64,000 nucleotides of DNA, from NCBI GenBank assembly GCA_964016885.1, contig OZ024750.1, forward strand, positions 19,840,001 through 19,904,000. Direction: 5' to 3'. Positions 55,570-64,000 of the stretch are shown here, piece by piece. The notes beneath the pieces were generated by a model, which worked only from the letters and a program-made list of their open reading frames with translations, did no database searches and was not told the DNA's origin. The translations under genes were made by a program, and so were the position numbers. The stretch is from Eledone cirrhosa. Lineage: Eukaryota. Each line of letters begins with the position of its first letter. Position 1 is the first letter of the stretch.

Positions 55570-57109
55570 TGTCCCCCTTGCTTCTGCTGGACAGCACCAG
55601 AGGGCGTTAGCCTTCGGTGTTTGCATAGCTACGGCTTCCTAAAACTGTATTTCTTTGGAGATACGAAATATTTATACATATTGTATAAAGTTATGCTTGA
55701 AGCGAAATATCCAATTTCTCTATATATATATATATATATATAAATGAATGATATAGAAAGTGTTGTAGCAAGAAGCCAACAGTATTCCATATATATATAT
55801 ATATATATACGTATTCATATATATTTGTATATATCATCAAGTGAAATTACAGGAGGCAAAACATATCTAATTTCCTTAAATATTGATTACTGCAAATATT
55901 ACGCACATTTCAGTGAGTAGGTTGCGTAAGAACTTAGGGATATCTCCAGGTATGAATTGCATAATAGATGTATACCAACGAAATGTTGGTAAACTTTATG
56001 GAAACAAGCAAAGAAAACACAGAAAAGAAAATAGTGTGTTAATGTTTTTAGTCCAGAGACGAACGAGGCTGCATGTTTTTTATCTCTGAGTGAGTTACCT
56101 TCAATATACTTCCTGGTAGTTTGAGTCGCGCTTAGGGGTATGCGTATCCTACTGGGCGAATAACTACTACCTCTTAATTCTAACCACTTTTGGGCAGCAG
56201 GCCTGGGAAGGGGAAGGGGAGCATAATATCGTATTACACAGAATGGTAAGTTGCTGGGTTAGCTAAGATCTATACGGAGGGGATTTTTAGGAAAAATTCA
56301 GGTTTAAATTGTTAAAGTTAGAGTTAATTTTAGGAATTGAAAATTGAAATAAAAATAATGTAATTGAATGTTTAAAAATGTTTAAAATTTAATTAACATT
56401 TAATTAAATAAGTAGAGTCTGCACAGTTGGTCGGTGAAGTACCATTTAGAAAGACCAGTTACGTTAAATATTCTAATTATAGAGGTGTGTAAATCAGGGA
56501 CCTAATAAACAAATAACATAATGTTAGTTAAGCTAAGGTCAGTCACTATCTGTCCAGGGTTTCTCTCGTAGTTCAATGTTATATTATACTATATTAGTAG
56601 TATAGTATGGCGGTTAACAACTGAACATGGCGCCTTCCAACACACACAGGGCCCAAAGGCCTACTGACCGTTTAGAGTATTACGGTATATCGTGGAAGAT
56701 GGGAAATTAAATTTATTTCTAAACACTAAAGGAGGTGGTTAAAGTCAGGCGCCCAGGGCGTAGCTAGAAGGGTCCCCACCGCCAGTCTGTGTCGTAATAT
56801 ATGCCAAGTATTCCTAGTTATCTATACTAGTGAGGTTAATGATAACATCGATGAGTATGAAAACAATCTAATAAATGTACATATAGTTAATGGTAAATAT
56901 CTGAAAGAGTAATTAAAGGAAAGTATAATGTATCGGGCACATAGAAGGTAAAATAATTTAGGTAAAGGATGAGTAAAATGTAAATAAAAATCTAATCGCA
57001 GCATTTACAGAATGGTAGCCATGGGAGGAAAAAATAAATATATAAAATAAAATGAAAATAAAAATAAAAATAAAAATAAAGAATAAAATAATAAATAAAA
57101 GATATAAAA

Positions 57110-57290
57110 ATAATTGTTTCTACTTTAGGCACAAGGCCAGCAGTTACCCAGTACATTCCGGGTACTTTATTTTATCGTCCCCGTAAGGATGAAAGGCAAA
57201 GTTAACCTCGGCGGGATTTGAACTCAGACTGTAAAGGGACGTAACTATGCTAGAAAGCATGGCTTCCAACCCTCTAACGATACTGCCAAT
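57110..57290 (-). mobile_element. tRNA-derived SINE
   Basis: Matches the SINE consensus. Confidence 0.85.
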
Positions 57291-57394
57291 AAAAATAATC
57301 ATTTAGAGGAATACAAAATAACAGGGTGTAACAGATAATCAAATAAACAACGGAAGTCAAAAAGCAGTAAAGCTTAGAAACGATGAAGTTTAAA

Positions 57395-57503
<109 letters not shown>

Positions 57504-57504
57504 A

Positions 57505-57605
<101 letters not shown>

Positions 57606-57613
57606 ATATATAT

Positions 57614-57666
<53 letters not shown>

Positions 57667-57896
57667 GATTTCATTTATTTGCCACAAGGGCCGACATATA
57701 GGGGACAACACAATAGACAGGGACAGTGGGGGTTTACATAGAGATCGAGTAAGTATAAATAACAAAAAAACAAAATAACAATAAAAATACAACAATGAAA
57801 GTTCCCCAATAAGAGGGATCACCACCCAGTCCTGAGCCACCCGACGCTCCTAGGGCACCCGGGAAGGGCACCCCTCTCCTTCTCGAATTCACCACC

Positions 57897-60800
57897 CTAC
57901 AGGCGCATGATCAGAGTAGGCCCACTCACGCGGGCCATTCTCGCCACATTCACCCACCTTTCAGTAAATGTACTGGGGGGCAGCACTTCTCTCTCCACCC
58001 TCACCTTCCTTTCCAAGTGAAACTTGAAGAAGTTGATGAGGGATTGGCCGAAGAGAAAAGTGTCTGTCTTCAGTCCTTTCAACCTGGTCCACCATGCAAC
58101 CTCTTTCGCTACTGCCACCAGGCAGAGGAAAATTGCCTGCCCTTCCTGACCAAAAGAAGGCGGCGGGTCAATCTTCACTATGGACTCGGACGATAGCCGG
58201 ATCCGTTCTACACGCGACAATAGCTGTTCGACATAACCCCACAAGTCAGCAATGCACGGACACTGGACGAGTGCGTGCAGAACGGTTTCGTCGCTCTGCT
58301 CGCATCTCGGGCAGGTTCGTCTGACAGCACTTCCGTGCCTGTAGAGTTTATCCCGAACCGGCAGCGCCCCCCGGTAGCACTGCCAAGCGAGGGATTTCTG
58401 GAAGTTATCCATCGTCCCCGGCTCGAAAGTCCTCCGGAACATACTGGTCAGTTCTACTTCGTTGACGCCTAGAACCTCTCCTAGTACGTCATCGTACTTG
58501 CCCTCCACTAATCCTCTATAGAAATCTTGAGTGGAAGTTCCACTGACCGCATTGCCCACCTTGCAGAGTGCAGTGAGCGCCTGGCAACATTCCAGATGCC
58601 AGTCGCCCAGTCTCGGTCTCTTCTTGACCCAGGACTGCAGCTCAGTCAAAGAGATGAGCTGCGGAAAGGCCCGTCTAACAAACGGCGACCACACCTGTTC
58701 ACCGTTTAGGCAAAATATCTGGAGATGTCGCAGCCTCAGCGCATGTCTGCGCATCATTAGCCACGGCATGCCCAGCCCTCCACGAAGAGGGTGCTGGCAG
58801 CAGATGGACCGCCTCACCAACGGGACCCGTCCCCTCCACAAAAATTTGAAAAGGAGCCGTTCCAAATTGGCGAGGCGTGGACGGGGGCAAGTCACGACGG
58901 TCAGGCGATAGTAGATGACGGACGCGATGTACGCGTTCGCCACCTCCGCCCGCCCTTTCAGTGATAGCTTTCTCTCAGCCCATTTCTGGGTGAGGTTAGC
59001 TATCCTGCTCGTCACCTCGTCCCAATTCTTATCCACCTGGAGGTCTGGTCCGAACCAAACCCCGAGCAACTTTACCGGTCCGTCTGTCCAGCGCCCAACG
59101 ACGCTGTTGGACGGCATGGACTTGCCTCTCCAGGTGCCGAGCTGCAAGCCCACCGACTTTTCCGGGTTAAGTTTTGCTCCCGTCAACCTTTCATATTCCT
59201 CTAAATGGGTGCGGATCGCCTCGATTTCCGAGGTCTCCGACACCATCACGGTGATGTCGTCCGCATAAGCGGACGCAGCCTTTCTGCGTCCCGGTTCGAG
59301 CGGGATGCCCTGCAACAACTCCAGCTTCCGCAGTAGAGGCTCAAGAGTCAATACGTACATAAGTGAGGAGAGAGGGCACCCTTGACGGACCGATCGAGAG
59401 ATCTGAAACGGTTCCGAGAGGTGGCCATTAACTTTGACCACCGAGCAGATGCCGCTGTACATTGCAGCGATCCAGCTTCTGAAGACGGGGCCGAAGCCAG
59501 CCGCCTCGAGGACAGCCTCCAAGTACCGATGGTCGACCCTATCGAATGCTTTCGATTGATCTAAATTGATCAGAGCCCCACCGAAGCCAGGTTTGCACCC
59601 AGCCCTCTCTATGATGTATCGCATGAGGTGGAGGTTGTCGTGTATGGACCTGGTCGGGATTGCGCAAGTTTGCGCCTCCCCAACCAAATCTTTGACGACA
59701 AGCGCCAACCTTTTCGCTAACACCTTGGCCAAAATCTTAAACTCTGTGTTGAGCAGGGTTATGGGCCTGAAATTATCTAGTGTGTCCCTCTTGTTCTCGT
59801 CTTTCCTTATCAGCGTCACTACGCCACGGCTCACAGAACTGGGAATGCTCCCGTTCTGCTGCCAGTTGCAGTAGAGCGCTTCGAGGAGATCGGAGAACAA
59901 GTCTGGCATATTTACGTAAAGCTCGTAGGGCAGACCATCCAAACCGGGTGACTTGCGACTCGAGCAGCCGACAAGGGCGTCCTGAATTTCGACTGATGTT
60001 ATCGGCTCTTCGCAGCGCTCAGCGTCGGCCGTCGAGAGGCGTGGCAAGCCGTCGAGGTAGGGACTGAAGTCCGCCGCCGTCTCCGACTCACCCATCCTCC
60101 CGAACAATCGAGCAAAGTGCTGGCGAAAGGCCTCACACATCTGCTTGGAATCGCTCAGTTCGTGTCCATCTCGATCCGTCAAAGACCGAATTGTGGTTTT
60201 ATTTCCACGCTGCGTCTCTGCAAAGCGAGCCCATCGGGCAGCTTTGGTTCCCTCGTTCCTCAGAGCACGCGCCTTAGCTCTGACAATGCAACCTTCGTGT
60301 TTCGCATTGAAGAAATGGTCTAGTGCCATTCTCGCCGCTAGCACGTCTGTTGCAATGCCACTACAAATAGCCTCGTCTAACTTAGCTATCAGCCCCTCCT
60401 CCTTTCTATTTTTCTCTATTGCTACTTCTTTGCTAAATCCTATCGAGGTTGCTCTAATCTCTCTTTTGAGTGCCCCCCACCACCTGTTGTTGACAACCCC
60501 CCCTGTCAACTTTTGCTTAACTAAGTTGTTGACCCGGTCCCTGTAAGCTTTACGTGCCGGAAACGACATGTTTAGCTTCCAGTAGCTAGGTCCTAACCTA
60601 CGTGTCTTATCTAGGTCGACCATACAGATCACAAGCTTGTGATCTGAATAGGCAACCGTTTTAAAATGTGGACATCCTACACTATTTCTATCTCTTTTCC
60701 TAATGAAAATACTATCTATGTACGATCTAGATGACACTATGCGATTGGTCCAGGTCCATACTGGCGCATTAGGGAAATCTAGTCGGTACCTGTCAGACAG

Positions 60801-61316
60801 TTGAAACTGGCTGATCAGGTACTTGAGGCTTTTGCACCCCCCGCTCCTATCAGATACTCCCACACAATCCCAGCGTGCTTCTAAGATGCCATTCCAATCC
60901 CCTATTAACAGTAAAGGGCGAGACGTAAGCAGAAAGTTTTCCAGGCGCCTAAAGAAGTCCGGCCGACCGGCCCCAGTAGGGGCGTAGACGGCCACCAGTC
61001 TAAAGGCACCACCTTCGCTATTGCTCACGTCCAGGACCACCAACTTTCCGTCAGGATCCCGGAAGATTGACCTTACCTCGAGATCCAGACATTTCCTAAA
61101 CAGCACAGCCACTCCACCTCCCATTCCCGGCCGACTAACAGATGCAAAGATCTGATAATCGTCGAAAATCTAAGCCAGTGCGCGTGTGTCGGAAATTCTG
61201 GTCTCGCTGATGGCAATTACGTCCATTCCTAGTGACCTGAGGTCGTTGAGCAAGTGACCTTGCTTCCAGGGCGACCCCAGGCCACGAACATTTAAACTTC
61301 CTACTCTTATGGCCAT
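57897..61316 (-). pseudogene. LINE ORF2 (APE endonuclease, reverse transcriptase, C-terminal CCHC) with one in-frame TAG
   Basis: True start MAIRVGSLNVRGL at 61316; TAG at 61170-61172; then the 1075-aa ORF. APE motifs SET, GVAVL, IGDWN, SDH. RT motifs SPGLDG, RPITLLN, DQSKAFD, RQGCPLS, YADD. C-terminal CPRC...H....C. Confidence 0.92.
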
Positions 61317-61345
61317 GCTGGCAGGATGAATGGGAGAGGAAAGGT

Positions 61346-63255
61346 TTACTTACCTTCCGGGGTCTTGTGAAGGTCGGGTGGTTCGACCTCCATGGTTTGT
61401 GGGGTTTCTTTTGGGAACCCCTTTAATAGTCTTGACGTGGGTTTTACGTTCGGGGTTCCCACATCCCGAGGAAAGCTCTTTCGAATTTCTTTGTATGAAG
61501 CGAGCGACATTCGCATCAGAAGCAAATTATCTGGTACGCGAAATGTGCTCGCTTCAAATGTTTCCCCGTCTTTTTCGATGTTTGTGCTTCGTGCTACATG
61601 GGCCATCAATTCCTTGTTGGCCCTTCTGGCAAGCACGAAGTTTTTAATGTTTTGTTGCTCGGGTTTTATTTGTTCGTGTGATTGTGGTGGTGATAGCTTT
61701 GTTAGTGTTGTTTCTATTGTGTCTGCGTTTGTTGTGGGTGGGGTGTCTGTAGTTTCTGATGTTTGTGTGTCTATTTGTTCTTGTGTCTGTTTAGCTTGTT
61801 TGCGTTTGGGGGATTTTGGTGGTTGTGTTGGTGATGCTGTGGGGAAAATGTTTGTGTGGGTGGTGTGTGTATTTTTTTTGTGGGGGTGTTTGTGCTTTGT
61901 GGATTTCTTTTTTTTTTGTGTTTTGTTTTTTGTATTTTGGGGGACTTTGGTTTTCCCTCATCTTCAATGCTGGAGGATGAGGGGTCTGTGGCTGTGAGCG
62001 TGTTTGTGTCTGAGTGAGTGTTTATGTTCTTGTTCGTGTGTGTATTTTGGGGGGGAGGGGGAATGGGAGAGCTTTCCTCGTTTCCCCCCTGCGTGTGCAA
62101 TTTTGGTGGTTCCATTGTTGACGGTGTTGCTGGTGGTCCTTGTCCCGGCGTCGCCAGCAGTGGAATCTTTCGACCCCTTGCGCTTTTCGGCAGTTGAGGG
62201 CAGAAGGCTCGCAAGTGTGTCGTTTCCCCACAAAGGAAACAATGCGGCCTTTTGCCCTCAGTCATTATATGCAACACCCTCCCGTTTTGGAGGCGGATGT
62301 GGTCCGGGATTGCTTTTACGTTTTCGGGTCTGATTTGGAGCAGTATCTCCAGATCAACCCCGGACCAGTCGTCCCTGGCAGTTCTCGTTGCCTCTACCGG
62401 GACTGTATCCGTTCCTTCCACGATTACGCAACCCAGGAGCCACCACATATCAAGTCCTGGTGGAATCCTGGGAATGCGCACACGTGCTATTCGTTTTCCC
62501 ATGTGGGAGGGGTACATTATGACCTTGCTGGTTTTGCAAGGGGTCATTGAATGCTTCACAGCGAGGGCTTCAGAGTTGAACAGCACCGAAACGGTGCCCT
62601 ATTGCCTGCCCCTCTCTATGAAGTCTGTGTCCTCTCTGATGTATTTCAGTGCGGCTTCTATATCAGCTTGGGCGATTATCGCTGCCCTCTTTGTCTCTAC
62701 TGAGATGCATCTGAAATGCACCGTTCTTTTTTCCACTGCCTCAATGGCTTCTGCCGGGACAGTTAAGTTTGCCCAGGTCTGCTCTTGATTTATGATTTTC
62801 CAGGCCTGGGCCAACTTTTCCTCTCTGTTGGTTAAGTCGATGCTGTAGCATGGTCTCCTTTTAGCCGCTGCCACAGCAGCGAAGGTGTTCTTGTTGGTGT
62901 TGTCACTGTTGTTGTTCTTGTTGGTGTTGCTGCTGCTATTGCTGTTGTTGTTCTCCCCTGTGTCGTGGTTACCCTCTGTGCTGTTGGCCTTGTTGGTGCT
63001 GTTGCTGTCGCTACTATTACTCTCTGTGCTGTTCGTTTTGTTGGTGCTCTCGCTATTACCACCTTCTGCGCTGTTCAGCTTGTTGGTGTTGGTGTTGTCG
63101 CTGTTACCACCTTCCGCGCCGCTCGGCCCGTTGGTGCTGGCACTGTCGCTGCTCACACTCGTGCTGGTGGCGCTCCTCGCCTCACCTCTCCTCTCAACGC
63201 TCAAGTCGCCGTTGCACGACAGCAGACCCGCCTCTAGGGGACGTGGCTCCGCCAT
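61346..63255 (-). pseudogene. LINE ORF1 (zinc-knuckle protein) with one in-frame TAG and one frameshift
   Basis: MAEPRPLEAG from 63255. TAG at 62599-62601 is in frame with the 271-aa ORF containing CFLCGETTHLRAFC. A frameshift near the A-runs (about 61870-61920) joins it to the ORF ending PEGK* at 61346. Confidence 0.8.
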
Positions 63256-64000
63256 GTTTTTTTGAGAAAAAAAATTATTATTTTTTCCAAAATAAAGTTC
63301 AAATATTTGGGCCAAAAGGCCCAAATATTATGAGTTATTCCTTCACAGGACACAAATGAATGTCTTATAATGCTTCAGCGGTACAAAAAATAAACAATTC
63401 TCTACAATTAATCCTCAAAAAATTGCTTACTCACGGAGCTTCAAAAAACGTACATCCACTTTCGTCAATAATAATAATAATAATACTATTTATAGTTATG
63501 TATATAGTATAAACAACTATAAACAGGAAAGATCAGTGATTTCCTACTACCTTATAAATATACGTATGTGAGATTATTGGAGAAACTGTAGTGTGTAAAT
63601 GACACAAAAGAACATAATGCTCTCTAAACTCCTCGATTAAATATAGGAATTTCATGATTTCCAAAATCTAATAATATTTCTTTTCCAGAGGCAGAAATAT
63701 TTGAAACGAAAATAATACTATGTATTCAGAAAAGTGTATACGTTCCTTTGTTTAGTCCTATTTTCATTATATCGTTTTATTTTTGTTATACGGCTATTTG
63801 TACATTTCCATGTAGGCCAATGTATCATTTTCTTATATACTTTACTTTCTACTTATCTGTATCCAATTATTCATCGCAAAAACAAGTACAAGAAAATCGG
63901 ATAAAATAAATTATGCTTCTGTTAGTTTTGATACGATTTAACGATCGTAAATTGTGGGGAAACGGTATGGTATTTGGACACATAAGCACAGAACAACATC

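Larger units (their letters stand above)
55139..55708. mobile_element. Family C Penelope-like element: tandem plus inverted pLTRs with two intact hammerheads
   Basis: 55139-55311 is inverted relative to 55526-55682. A partial repeat lies at 55454-55525. (TA)n flanks. Confidence 0.85.
57667..63466 (-). mobile_element. Full-length Tx1/L1-clade non-LTR retrotransposon
   Basis: Two ORFs, 5' UTR of about 210 bp, and 3' UTR with AATAAA (57674-57679, minus). (AAT)5-6 on both sides (57652-57666 and 63467-63484). GC content clearly above the flanks. Confidence 0.93.

Noticed and set aside
58094-63265. Plus-strand ORFs overlapping the LINE
   Set aside because: Antisense shadow ORFs of a GC-rich coding sequence.

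Overview
AT-rich eukaryotic non-coding DNA packed with (TA)n and (CA)n microsatellites. The repeat content suggests a mollusc, probably an octopod cephalopod (inference). I cannot support any host gene exon, and nearly all predicted ORFs are microsatellite artefacts. Supported content: (1) a full-length, young Tx1/L1-clade LINE on the minus strand (57667-63466) sitting in an (AAT)n tract, with disrupted ORF1 and ORF2; (2) about 13 copies of one tRNA-derived SINE, four with target-site duplications; (3) an RTE-like 3' fragment and small MITEs; (4) the main signal, more than 25 short elements of about 10 families inserted in (TA)n. Many are fold-backs and most families carry a hammerhead ribozyme (CUGANGA...GAAA with hand-checked stems). 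Two are attached to GIY-YIG C-terminal coding remnants, which points to Penelope-like pLTRs. One family (3 copies) appears to carry a hammerhead with its three strands in reversed, non-circularly permuted (pseudoknotted) order. Several families share a 3' TACTC...GTATTGAGTAC stem-loop. All structures were paired by eye; none was folded computationally or tested.
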